From a candidate division WOR-3 bacterium (GTDB taxonomy: Bacteria > Hydrothermota > Tepidihabitantia > Tepidihabitantales > CAIPLT01), in contig CBFGJZ010000012.1 of assembly GCA_965649215.1 (NCBI GenBank), forward strand, positions 1-45,288: a DNA stretch of 45,288 nt, read 5' to 3'. How positions within the stretch are numbered: the first letter of the stretch is position 1; each line of letters opens with the position of its first letter. Under the pieces are notes generated by a model. That model had not been told where the DNA came from. It was given only the letters and a program-made list of their open reading frames with translations, and made no database searches. This document shows positions 32,329 through 42,357 of the stretch, piece by piece. The position numbers and the translations under genes were made by a program.

Positions 32329-33489
32329 ATGAATTATAAAAAACTGACATACTTAATTTTGATATTAATTATTAGTTGTGCAGCACCAACAGTTAAAAAA
32401 TTCTCTGATGAAGAATTACAAATGCAACGTGAAGAAGCACGAAAATACTATAGTATTGGGGCCGAATATTTTCGGCAAAGAAATTTTGACCAAGCCTTAG
32501 AGAATTTTAAAACTTCTTTATCCTATGATTCATTATATTATGATCCTTATATCGCAATCGGAAATATTTACCGTGAGAAAAGAAATCCAATCGAAGCAGA
32601 AAATTATTTTCGTAAGGCTTTAAAAATTAATCCCCAAAATAGCAAGGGTTACGAAGCACTTGGTGATTTATTTTTAGTTATGCAAGAATTCTCTAAAGCT
32701 GAATCAGTATATCTCGAGGGGTTAAAGGTGGATTCAACTTTTATTGAATTATACCTTGGATTGGCAGATGTCTATATAAAATCTGATCGCAATCAAAAAG
32801 CAGAATCAACATATAAAAAAGCATTAGCGATTCATCCCAATGATGTTGCCTTATTAAAAATTTGGGGTGATTATCTTTTTAGTGAAGGACGTTATCAAGA
32901 AGCAATCGATGCATTCTGTACTTGTCTTCTCCGTTATCCCGAAGCTATAGAATTAAGAGAAAAAAGAGGCGATGCTTATACTGAACTAGGTAAATACAAA
33001 GATGCTTTAGATGATTATAATTATATTCTAAATCAAAAACCAGATGATTGGCGTATTTTATTAAAAATTGGCAATGTCTATTTAAAACAAAAAAAGTATA
33101 ACGATGCCAAGAAGCAATTTACTCAAGCAATGCAACTTGCACCTAACGATCCTCTGCCACGTATTTATAATGCAGACTTATTAATTCGACAAGGTAATTT
33201 CGCTCAAGCAACCGCGGATTTAAAGGCTGCTTTAGTGATTGATCCTAATTTACGTATTGCTCGAATCTTATTGGGTGATTTAAATAAAAGACAAGGGGAA
33301 ATTGCCCAAAGTAATAATAAATTACGAGAAGCCTATCAATATTATAAAAATGCGACTGCCGAATATCAGCAAATACCAAAAGGAGATATCTATTATAATT
33401 ATGCAAAAACAGAAATTGAACGATGTCGAACTTATATGAATAAAATTAAAGAAGAATTATGGTTTAGAGGCGAAAAAATTGAAGATTAA
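32329..33489 (+). CDS. TPR-repeat lipoprotein
   Basis: Lipobox-like IISC; about 9 tandem TPR motifs. Confidence 0.88.
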   Translation: MNYKKLTYLILILIISCAAPTVKKFSDEELQMQREEARKYYSIGAEYFRQRNFDQALENFKTSLSYDSLYYDPYIAIGNIYREKRNPIEAENYFRKALKINPQNSKGYEALGDLFLVMQEFSKAESVYLEGLKVDSTFIELYLGLADVYIKSDRNQKAESTYKKALAIHPNDVALLKIWGDYLFSEGRYQEAIDAFCTCLLRYPEAIELREKRGDAYTELGKYKDALDDYNYILNQKPDDWRILLKIGNVYLKQKKYNDAKKQFTQAMQLAPNDPLPRIYNADLLIRQGNFAQATADLKAALVIDPNLRIARILLGDLNKRQGEIAQSNNKLREAYQYYKNATAEYQQIPKGDIYYNYAKTEIERCRTYMNKIKEELWFRGEKIED

Positions 33490-33503
33490 AAATATAATGT
33501 GGT

Positions 33504-34013
33504 ATGCTGAAAAGAGAAGTATTGGTTCTTAATCAAAATTATGAACCATTAACTTTATGTCGATTACGTCGTGCAGTAGTTTTGATGTATTTAGGGAAAG
33601 CGGAATTAGTTGAATCATATAATGGTGAAGTACTACGTTCTGTGAATAATTGGATGCCTGTTCCAAGTGTCTTACGTCTTAACCGTTATGTAAAAACAAA
33701 CCGAAGAGAAATTCCCTTAAGTAAACGAAATATTTTACGCCGTGATAATCATACTTGTCAATATTGTGGCAAGTCAACAGGCCCAATGACTACCGATCAT
33801 ATAATACCTAAAAGTAAAGGTGGAAGCGATAGTTGGGAAAATTTAGTATGTGCATGTGCAGAATGTAATAGCAAAAAAGGCATAAATTCATATTCGCGAG
33901 TTGGCTTAAAACTACTCCGAAAACCCAAAAAACCATCTTATATTAGTTTTGTAATTAATTCAATCGACAAAATCCCAAAAGAGTGGCGTCCGTATTTATT
34001 TCTTGACGCTTAA
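33504..34013 (+). CDS. HNH endonuclease (McrA-like family)
   Basis: 'VLVLNQNYEPL', 'RRDNHTCQYCG', 'DHIIPKSKGG...WENLVCACAECNSKKG'. Confidence 0.93.
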   Translation: MLKREVLVLNQNYEPLTLCRLRRAVVLMYLGKAELVESYNGEVLRSVNNWMPVPSVLRLNRYVKTNRREIPLSKRNILRRDNHTCQYCGKSTGPMTTDHIIPKSKGGSDSWENLVCACAECNSKKGINSYSRVGLKLLRKPKKPSYISFVINSIDKIPKEWRPYLFLDA

Positions 34014-35634
34014 AAATATTATCAAACGCACTACACTAATAAATTATTTTATATTTTTTGTAACTATAATAAATCAAAAGATTTTTTCAGTCCCAATATA
34101 TTTCCAAGGTAATAAATATTTATCGTCACCTCAGCAAATTATTAAGAATATTAATAATTTTCCTTACAATGATTCAATTTATTCGCTCTGGTTAAATCAA
34201 TTACGGATCGAGTATTTTAAACTTGGCTTTTTTTGGGTAGATTTAAAAATCGATACTTCACATCAAAACATAAAAATTATTATCAAAGAAAATCAAAGAG
34301 CAAAGATAAAAAAAATAAACTTTATTAATAACAATAGTATAAGCACTAATGAGCTCAATTCGCTCATTAAAAAATCTGATTTTTTTAGTGAAAATGTCTT
34401 ACAAAAACAAATAAATACATTAATTAATTATTACACTAATCACGGATTTCCTTTTATTCAAATACAGAGTCAAAACTTTACTATTGATGATGTAAATAAG
34501 AATATATCTTATGATTTCAATATAATAGAAAATAGCAAAGTCTATATTAAGGACTTATATTTTGAAAATACAACTGTTTCTCAGAAACGACTCAAACAAA
34601 TTTATCAATTTAGGCCTAATGTCTTATATTCAGAAAATGAAATTAAACAAAAACTCAATGAGCTATCGAAATACAATCTTGCTCCAGTTAAATACCTAAT
34701 TTTAAATAGCGATACTAATTATTTATTAAAAATACAATTGACTAAAACTAAAAGTTCATATTTATATGGTGGCTTAACTTACTTTCCCAACACTAAAAAC
34801 ATAAATGGCTACATATATTTTTCTAATTATAATTTTCTTAATAAATTACAGCAAGTAAAACTGGCATGGGAAAAATATTTACAACATACTGATTTTTCAC
34901 TTAGTTATAATGATCCATATTTTCATAACATCAATTACACTCTAGCTCTAAAACATTCAAATTATGATACAATTTATAGTCACACCGACTTTGCAATCTA
35001 TACAAAATTTCCTGTTTCTCTTTTATTTTATTATCTTCTTACTCTTAATTATAACCGATTTATTTCTACAATTAATAGGATAAACTCTAATACAACTTGG
35101 TGGTTCGGACAAGGACTAGAGATATCTAATATAATTTTTAATAATAAAATACAGAAGGGTTATAATCTATCGATCCTTCCGAAATTTGCATCACGGAGAG
35201 AAGAGAATTCACAATCTTATCTTGCTTTGATGGAGATTAAAAATCAGAGCTTTATACCATTAAACGATAAAAATAATTATTTTATTGATTTTATTTTTAA
35301 AACCATTTATTCTACTAATACACTAAATTCAGCAGATTCATTACATATAGGCGGTATTAAAACACTTCGTGGATTTGAGGAAAACCAATTTGCAACAGAT
35401 AAGTTTATTATATTTAAGAACGAAATCAGGCATTATTTAAATAATATAATTTTCTTCTTATTTGATGATTTCGCTTTGTTTAATGAAAATAAACATGTTA
35501 AGATAAAAAATGGGTGGGGAGTTGGTTTGTACGCAAATTCAAAAATCGGTATGATCGGTCTCGATTATGGACTCTCAAATATTAATAATCCTTTAAAAGG
35601 TAAAATTCATCTAAGTTTTCAAAATCAGTTTTAA
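34003..35634 (+). CDS. Omp85 (BamA/TamA-like) outer-membrane protein with POTRA domains
   Basis: POTRA-like 'YYTNHGFPF'; 'IGGIKTLRGFEENQF' (VRGF-like loop 6); 'GWGVGL'; C-terminal Phe; TTG start overlapping the HNH stop. Confidence 0.8.
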   Translation: MTLKNIIKRTTLINYFIFFVTIINQKIFSVPIYFQGNKYLSSPQQIIKNINNFPYNDSIYSLWLNQLRIEYFKLGFFWVDLKIDTSHQNIKIIIKENQRAKIKKINFINNNSISTNELNSLIKKSDFFSENVLQKQINTLINYYTNHGFPFIQIQSQNFTIDDVNKNISYDFNIIENSKVYIKDLYFENTTVSQKRLKQIYQFRPNVLYSENEIKQKLNELSKYNLAPVKYLILNSDTNYLLKIQLTKTKSSYLYGGLTYFPNTKNINGYIYFSNYNFLNKLQQVKLAWEKYLQHTDFSLSYNDPYFHNINYTLALKHSNYDTIYSHTDFAIYTKFPVSLLFYYLLTLNYNRFISTINRINSNTTWWFGQGLEISNIIFNNKIQKGYNLSILPKFASRREENSQSYLALMEIKNQSFIPLNDKNNYFIDFIFKTIYSTNTLNSADSLHIGGIKTLRGFEENQFATDKFIIFKNEIRHYLNNIIFFLFDDFALFNENKHVKIKNGWGVGLYANSKIGMIGLDYGLSNINNPLKGKIHLSFQNQF

Positions 35635-35698
35635 ATGTTATGAAACTACTATAAATGAAATTTATAATATTTCATAAAAAGCAAAATTATCTAATGTT

Positions 35699-36481
35699 AT
35701 GAATCATTTAATTTTAATCATTTTAGGTATCATTCAAGGTTTAACAGAATTTTTACCTATTTCTAGCTCAGGACATCTAGTTTTACTTCAAAATATTTTT
35801 AAATTTGATCAAACAAGTCGAATTTCGTATACTGTTTTTTTTCATTTAGGTACAACATTTGCGTTATTATTCTTCTTTCGTAAAAAAATTATCAAGATTA
35901 TAATTGGTTTATTTAATAAATCTGATATTACATTAAGAAAATCAAATCGTAAAATTCTTTTATTGATAATGATAGGTTCGCTTCCAGTAGCAATTGCGGG
36001 ATTTTGTTTTCAACAACAAATAGAACAATTCTTTTATAATTCTATATATCCTACATCTTTTCTTCTTATAAATGGCTTAATCCTATTTTTAACAAAGTAT
36101 GTTCGTTCAAAAAATAAAATAATTAACTATTCGCATTCTCTTGTAATAGGGATTGCTCAAGCAGTTGCACTATTGCCTGGTATTTCCCGTGCTGGTATTA
36201 CAATTGCAGTGGCTTTAATGCTTGGTCTACGAAAAGAAGATAGTTTTGATTTTTCATTTTTATTATCGCTTCCCGCTGTTATTGGAGGAAACATTCTTAT
36301 GATAAAAGATATCGCTTATAACTTATCATTACTCAACATCATTATCGCAATAATTACTCCACTTATTATAGGTGTTCTCGCGCTAAATTTTCTTAAACAA
36401 TTTGTAATTCAAGGAAAATTATACTATTTTGCTTTTTACTGCTGGTTTATCGGATTTCTTGCATATTTTTTTATTAAATAA
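35699..36481 (+). CDS. uppP: Undecaprenyl-diphosphate phosphatase
   Basis: 'GIIQGLTEFLPISSSGH', 'HLGT', 'PGISRAG.TI', 'FSFLLSLP'. Confidence 0.97.
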   Translation: MNHLILIILGIIQGLTEFLPISSSGHLVLLQNIFKFDQTSRISYTVFFHLGTTFALLFFFRKKIIKIIIGLFNKSDITLRKSNRKILLLIMIGSLPVAIAGFCFQQQIEQFFYNSIYPTSFLLINGLILFLTKYVRSKNKIINYSHSLVIGIAQAVALLPGISRAGITIAVALMLGLRKEDSFDFSFLLSLPAVIGGNILMIKDIAYNLSLLNIIIAIITPLIIGVLALNFLKQFVIQGKLYYFAFYCWFIGFLAYFFIK

Positions 36482-36784
36482 AATCTTATTTAAGCAATTT
36501 AACATTTTGATTTATAAATACTTTTATTTTATAATACTATCTTTTGGAATACTTTTTTAATTAAATGATAGTAATACAAGAAAATTAATTTCTTAATACA
36601 TATTTAACTTGACATACCTTGATTTAAACGACATACAAAAGCGAAATATTTTTCCGATTATCGTAAGAGAAAATTTATAGTCTAAAAAACCCTTGAATTA
36701 ATCTTGTGAAATGTCATATAATAACATAAATTACAAATTAGAAAAGTTGTATTGACAAATTATGTTTATCCATGAAAATATATT

Positions 36785-37639
36785 ATGTCCAATCCACTAT
36801 ATATAATTTACACGTTGCTATTAATTTTTTCTTGTGCAAAATTAATTACCTTTGAAAATTTTGATAAAGATATTGTCAACAAAGTCGGTTTATTAAATCT
36901 TGTTGATGAAACACATTTTAAAAGTCAATTAATAGATATCTGTTTAGAAGATTCTAATTTTTTATTAATTTTAGATAACAGTGGGGAAAGAATTTTTCGT
37001 ATCCCAATTCCAAATTTTAGTCAAATAGAAACTATTATTTTACCAATCAACATAAGTTTCCTGAAGGGAATTAAATCAGATGGGTTTTTCTGGTATTTAT
37101 TTACTAACAATTATATTTATCGCTATGATCCTATTCGTAGAAGAATATTTAACTTAACTTTTAATCGTAGAGATATTTATATTAGTGATTTTTGTATTAC
37201 AAAACAAGGTGAAATTTTCATTTGTGATGAGTATGCTAATTCTATTTATCTAATTGATAATTTGGGTAATTTAAAAGAAGTTACTCTACAATATAATCCA
37301 GGGCCATTAAAAGTGAAATATATTGCATATGATAATGTTACCAATTATTTATGGATTTACAATCGGACTCAAAATCGTTGGGAAAGATATCTTAGAAACG
37401 GTATTTTAAGTAATATCATTACATTAAATAAAAATTTTTCAGATCATTTTGAGGTACATGACAATCAATTAATAGTGTTAAATCGGCAAAATAATCAATT
37501 ACTTGTATTTAATGAAGAATATTTAATAAATTACCCTATAATTTCAAATATGACTATCAGGAATTTTACTAAGTTCGAAAATTACTTTTTTTTATTAACA
37601 CACAATCGAATTCAAAAATATTTAATGATAACCCCGTAG
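36785..37639 (+). CDS. Lipoprotein, probable NHL/beta-propeller fold
   Basis: Lipobox-like IFSC; blade-like repeats ('ILDNSGERIF', 'GEIFICDEYANSIYLID'). Confidence 0.7.
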   Translation: MSNPLYIIYTLLLIFSCAKLITFENFDKDIVNKVGLLNLVDETHFKSQLIDICLEDSNFLLILDNSGERIFRIPIPNFSQIETIILPINISFLKGIKSDGFFWYLFTNNYIYRYDPIRRRIFNLTFNRRDIYISDFCITKQGEIFICDEYANSIYLIDNLGNLKEVTLQYNPGPLKVKYIAYDNVTNYLWIYNRTQNRWERYLRNGILSNIITLNKNFSDHFEVHDNQLIVLNRQNNQLLVFNEEYLINYPIISNMTIRNFTKFENYFFLLTHNRIQKYLMITP

Positions 37640-37641
37640 TA

Positions 37642-40600
37642 ATGGCAACTTTATTGTTTCTTCATTTTTTTACAATTCTTCTATCGCAAGAAATTACAAT
37701 TTACGGTAACAATACAGCAGGTCCATATCAAATAAGTAACAAAATAATCTTTGTCGGTACTGATTCTGTCTTTATTAATAACCAGTTGGCACCCCGAGAA
37801 TATTATACAATTGATTATAATCAGAGCATAATCACTTTTTTTCAAGCGATCAGCGAAACGACTTTAATTAAAATAAAGTTTCGTGAAACACCATTTTCTA
37901 TCGGAACTTCATATTATAATATGATGCCTCTCGAATTAAACAATGATGAATCGATAATAAATGAAAAAACAATAGTGTATGAAAATTATAATTCTGTCGT
38001 AAATCAAAACAAACTAGAATTAGATGGTTCTAAAACAATTGGTGTAAGTGTTGGTAATCGTCAAGGTCTAGGTTTAGATCAAGCTACTCGAATAACTCTA
38101 CAAGGAAATATAGCTGATTTTAAAATTTCTGGCACATTATCTGATGTTAATATCCCTATCCCCTCTGATGGCGCTACAAAAGAATTAGATGAATTTGATA
38201 AAATTCAGATCCAAATTGCGAACGAAAAGTATGCGATTAATTACGGAGATAATGAATTAATTCAAAATATTGGTGATTTAGGACAAACTGACAAACATGT
38301 AACCGGTTTAATTGGAAATCATTCAGGACAAAATTTTCAAGTCAATTTAGGGTATTGCCAAGCAAAAGGAATTTTTAAAAGAATTTGGTTTTATGGTCAA
38401 AATAATTTACAAGGACCATATTACTTAACTTCAGATTTAGATAATGCCGTTATTGTGTCAGGAAGTGAAAAGGTCTATCTTAATGGCAAAAAATTAGTTC
38501 GAGGTAGTGATTTTGATTATATAATTGATTATTCAACTGGGACTTTATTTTTTACCAACCGTCAGATTATTAATGCTTTTATGCGAATCGAAGTCGAGTT
38601 TGAGTATCAGAGTGCACAATATAATCGATATTTGATATGGTGCAGTAATAATTGGCAAATAAATTCCTTGATGCAATTACAAACACAATTTCTTACTGAA
38701 CAAGATGATAAAAAAGTAAATTTTAGTTATAAGTTAAGCTCATCAGATATTTCTTATTTAAGCAATATCTATACTGATTCTAACGCTGTCTGGTTACCTG
38801 GTGAACAATATGTTGGTATGGGTAAAGGTAATTATATACGGATAAACGATCACTTTGTCTTTGCAGGTATCGATTCGGGTGATTTTGATGTCTCTTTTAG
38901 TTATGTTGGCGAGTCTCAAGGAAGTTACATCTATGATAATAGTATTGCGGCATTTCGGTATGTTGGTAATGAGCAGGGTAACTATCTTCCCAAAATAAGA
39001 ATTTTTCTACCCCATCAAAATCGTTTGATTAGTATCTTATATAGTCTCAAATTACAATCCAATTTTGAGATTAGAGGAAACGGAATTTTCTCGCAACGAA
39101 ACACAAATCTCTTTGCGCAGAAAAACACGACTTCTGGTTATGCCGGTCAAATTGTAACAAACTTTCAAAATCGAAATTTTAAAATTCAATACGTATTTCA
39201 AAAGAAGAATAAAAAATTTTATTTTCCATATCGGTATCTTATGCAAAATAAATATAATTTTTGGATTGGGATAAAACCCGAATCATTATTATTTGGGCAC
39301 ATTTTAAATGTTCAAATACAACCCATCTCAACTATTATTTTTAACAGTAATATAAATTATTTACGTAATTTTTATGAAAAAAATTTACAAAAGTATGAAG
39401 CAGAAATAAAATTTTTATATCAAAATAACTGCCCTTGGTTAACTGTGAATTGGCTTTGGTATCCAAAACTATCTAGTAAATATCAAATCAATTTTACCCC
39501 TCAAACAAATTCATTAAAATTAAATTTTGAATTTTTTAGACAATTTCAACGAGATACTTGTCTTTATTCCTTTTTGTCGAATTTATCTTCTGATATTCGA
39601 AATTCATTACAGTTAACAATATCAAGTGAATATAATAATTACCCAACCTATAACCAATCGCATCAAAATTACAAAATCGATGTACAATTCACAAAAGAAA
39701 TTATTAGTGTTAATAGTATTTTAGGTTATCAGATAAATAAATTTCAGCAAACTAATAACAATAATTTGTTCGGCGATATTAAATTAAATTTTAAATTATT
39801 AAATGGGTTAGATCTCACATCGGATTATTCTCAACAACAGATTTCAATGAAGAAGAAAATGCCCAAATATATATGGGTGGGATCTGGTTTAGGTAATTAT
39901 AAAAGAAATCCCGAAACAAATGAATATTATTATGATTTATTTGGAGATTACCTTTTAGAATATGAATTATCGAATGAATTAATTAGTAACGAATTAAGAA
40001 AGCTTCAAGGAAATTTGAATTTTTATAGATGGTCTTTTTTAAATTGGGATGGATATTGGACTTTTGAATTTCAAAATGCCAACCAGACAAAATTACAGAT
40101 AAGTAAAAATATACAAAATTTTAATTTATTATTATTTCCGAATAAGCCATTAAATATCAGATGGAATTATCTTTATGAATATCTGGCAAATTCGCTCTCT
40201 TTTATGTATATACCAAATCAAAAAACATTCAATCAGAAAATAGAATTATATTTGAATCAGGTATTACCTATAAATATTAGTTATAATTATCGTCAACAAA
40301 CCACAGACCGCGCAGATAATGTTATTGAGCAGAAAAGAATTGATAACGAATTTATCGGAAAATTAAACAAAAGTTATATAATTTCATTAAGTTATATGTA
40401 TTCAGAAATAGAAAAACCTTATTATTATTTCCAGTTGGGTAGATTTTATTTACATAGTTATAGTCTACAAGTTAATAAATTATGGTTAATTGAAAAATGG
40501 ACAAACATTGATACTAAATTCATTCTTACCTTTCGTCATTCGTCTCTTATTAATTTGCCTTATGATATTAATCTCACTGAACCAAAAGGCATTACCCCCC

Positions 40601-40740
40601 AATTCAGTGGACGTATTGAACGCATTTTTGAATCGGAAAACTTTAATCAAATTATATTATCCGGATCTTACTCATTTGTAAAGTATCCCAGACGAAATCC
40701 TCAACATAATGTTTCAATTCAATTAAATATTAATTTTTAG
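37642..40740 (+). CDS. Large uncharacterised outer-membrane beta-barrel protein with SprA-like repeated domains
   Basis: Hydrophobic N-terminus; two copies of 'GPY....I..G(T/S)..V..N.....Y.IDY'; alternating beta-strand pattern; C-terminal 'IQLNINF'. Confidence 0.7.
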   Translation: MATLLFLHFFTILLSQEITIYGNNTAGPYQISNKIIFVGTDSVFINNQLAPREYYTIDYNQSIITFFQAISETTLIKIKFRETPFSIGTSYYNMMPLELNNDESIINEKTIVYENYNSVVNQNKLELDGSKTIGVSVGNRQGLGLDQATRITLQGNIADFKISGTLSDVNIPIPSDGATKELDEFDKIQIQIANEKYAINYGDNELIQNIGDLGQTDKHVTGLIGNHSGQNFQVNLGYCQAKGIFKRIWFYGQNNLQGPYYLTSDLDNAVIVSGSEKVYLNGKKLVRGSDFDYIIDYSTGTLFFTNRQIINAFMRIEVEFEYQSAQYNRYLIWCSNNWQINSLMQLQTQFLTEQDDKKVNFSYKLSSSDISYLSNIYTDSNAVWLPGEQYVGMGKGNYIRINDHFVFAGIDSGDFDVSFSYVGESQGSYIYDNSIAAFRYVGNEQGNYLPKIRIFLPHQNRLISILYSLKLQSNFEIRGNGIFSQRNTNLFAQKNTTSGYAGQIVTNFQNRNFKIQYVFQKKNKKFYFPYRYLMQNKYNFWIGIKPESLLFGHILNVQIQPISTIIFNSNINYLRNFYEKNLQKYEAEIKFLYQNNCPWLTVNWLWYPKLSSKYQINFTPQTNSLKLNFEFFRQFQRDTCLYSFLSNLSSDIRNSLQLTISSEYNNYPTYNQSHQNYKIDVQFTKEIISVNSILGYQINKFQQTNNNNLFGDIKLNFKLLNGLDLTSDYSQQQISMKKKMPKYIWVGSGLGNYKRNPETNEYYYDLFGDYLLEYELSNELISNELRKLQGNLNFYRWSFLNWDGYWTFEFQNANQTKLQISKNIQNFNLLLFPNKPLNIRWNYLYEYLANSLSFMYIPNQKTFNQKIELYLNQVLPINISYNYRQQTTDRADNVIEQKRIDNEFIGKLNKSYIISLSYMYSEIEKPYYYFQLGRFYLHSYSLQVNKLWLIEKWTNIDTKFILTFRHSSLINLPYDINLTEPKGITPQFSGRIERIFESENFNQIILSGSYSFVKYPRRNPQHNVSIQLNINF

Positions 40741-40765
40741 TTTTCTATAAGAAAAATTAATTATA

Positions 40766-40793
40766 TTGACAACACAAAATATTAGGGTAAACT
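40766..40793 (+). promoter_or_regulatory. sigma70-type promoter TTGACA-N16-TAAACT; leaderless transcript
   Basis: -10 ends 7 nt before ATG 40801; no SD. Confidence 0.7.
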
Positions 40794-40800
40794 TTATTTC

Positions 40801-41985
40801 ATGGATATATTTGATAAATGTTATGAATATTATCCAATAGTCAAAAGAGCAAAAGATACGGGTTTCTATCCATATTTTCGTGCTTTAGACAGCGAACCTG
40901 ATCGACGAGTTATTATTAAAGGCAAAGAATTAATAATGCTCGGGTCGAATAATTATCTAGGACTCACCACTCATCCTCATGTAAAAGAAGCCGCAATTAA
41001 AGCGATTGAAAAATATGGCACTGGTTGTACTGGCTCACGGTTTTTAAACGGAACTTTGGATTTGCATGAAGAATTAGAACATAAACTTGCAGAATTTTTA
41101 CATAAAGATGATTGTATTGTATTTTCTACCGGATATCAAACAAATTTAGGGGTAATCTCTTCGCTTGTTCGTAAGGGTGATGTTGCCATTGTAGATAAAT
41201 TAGATCACGCTTCGATAATCGATGGTTGCCAAATGTCGTTTGGTCGTGCAGTTCGGTTTTTACATAATGATATGCAAGATCTGGAACGTGTTTTATCGAG
41301 CTTAGATAAAAATTGCGGTAAATTAATCATTGTAGATGGCATCTTTTCGATGGAAGGAGATATTATTGATTTACCCAATGTAGTGAAAATTGCTCAAAAA
41401 CATAATGCAAAAATAATGGTCGACGATGCTCACGCAGTTGGAGTACTTGGTCAACGTGGTGCAGGTGCCGCAGAATATTTTAATTTAGAAGATAAAGTTG
41501 ATTTAATTATGGGAACTTTTTCGAAATCATTTGCTACAATTGGCGGATATGTTGCTGGCGAACATAAAGTTATAACATTTATTCGTCACCAAGCTCGTTC
41601 CTTAATCTTTTCTGCTAGTATTCCACCACCTGCGGTTGCAACAGTACTTGCCGCATTAGAAATTATTAAAAAAGAACCAGAACGAAGAAAAAAATTATGG
41701 GATAATACTTATAAAATGCTAAATGGTTTTAAAAAATTAGGATATAATACAGCGACAAGTTGTACTCCGGTTATACCGTTACATATTGGTGATGATGAAA
41801 AAGCAATAAATTTTTGGCACGACTTATACGAAGCAGGAATATTTGCAAATCCTGTTATACCACCTGCAGTTCCACCAGGGCGTAGTCTGATTCGAACTAG
41901 TTATATGGCCACCCATACAGAAGATGATTTAAATGAAGCATTAGAGATTTTTGAAAAAGTCGGTAAAAAGTTCGGAATCATCTAA
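40801..41985 (+). CDS. PLP-dependent alpha-oxoamine synthase, serine palmitoyltransferase-like
   Basis: 'YPYFR', 'GSNNYLGL', 'GTGCTGSRFLNGTLDLH', 'DHASIIDG', 'FSMEGD', PLP lysine in 'GTFSKS', 'IFSAS'. Confidence 0.85.
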   Translation: MDIFDKCYEYYPIVKRAKDTGFYPYFRALDSEPDRRVIIKGKELIMLGSNNYLGLTTHPHVKEAAIKAIEKYGTGCTGSRFLNGTLDLHEELEHKLAEFLHKDDCIVFSTGYQTNLGVISSLVRKGDVAIVDKLDHASIIDGCQMSFGRAVRFLHNDMQDLERVLSSLDKNCGKLIIVDGIFSMEGDIIDLPNVVKIAQKHNAKIMVDDAHAVGVLGQRGAGAAEYFNLEDKVDLIMGTFSKSFATIGGYVAGEHKVITFIRHQARSLIFSASIPPPAVATVLAALEIIKKEPERRKKLWDNTYKMLNGFKKLGYNTATSCTPVIPLHIGDDEKAINFWHDLYEAGIFANPVIPPAVPPGRSLIRTSYMATHTEDDLNEALEIFEKVGKKFGII

Positions 41986-42092
41986 ATTTTTCAATAAAAG
42001 AATGCCTAAGTAAAAATCTATATTTAAAATTAGCAGTAAATGAAACGAATGAAATTAATATTTTATTGTGGCTATTTCTAAATACGTATAAC

Positions 42093-42120
42093 TTGACGCT
42101 CGTAATTTTATAAATATAAT
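42093..42120 (+). promoter_or_regulatory. sigma70-type promoter TTGACG-N16-TATAAT; leaderless oxidoreductase operon
   Basis: -10 ends 6 nt before ATG 42127; no SD. Confidence 0.7.
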
Positions 42121-42126
42121 TACTTT

Positions 42127-42357
42127 ATGGCAAAAATTATTATCAATCAGCAATGGTGTAAGGGTTGTGGATTATGTATTGAAATCTGCCCTAAAAAAGT
42201 TTATACCCGGGAAGCAAATATTTCCGCTAAAGGTTTTCAACAAATAGAAATAATAAATCCTGATCTTTGCAATCAATGTCTTTTATGTGAATTATTATGT
42301 CCTGATATGGCAATTACAATTGAACCAAAATTAAGGAATGCCAAAGCTCAAAGTTAA
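42127..42357 (+). CDS. 2-oxoacid:ferredoxin oxidoreductase delta subunit (2x[4Fe-4S] ferredoxin)
   Basis: CKGCGLCIEICP and CNQCLLCELLCP motifs. Confidence 0.93.
   Translation: MAKIIINQQWCKGCGLCIEICPKKVYTREANISAKGFQQIEIINPDLCNQCLLCELLCPDMAITIEPKLRNAKAQS

Noticed and set aside
32208..32330. tRNA-Ala as an integration site
   Set aside because: No integrase and no duplicated tRNA 3' end seen in the window.
36482..36750. About 270-nt AT-rich intergenic region as an ncRNA or riboswitch
   Set aside because: No stable structure or known motif visible; only weak AT palindromes.
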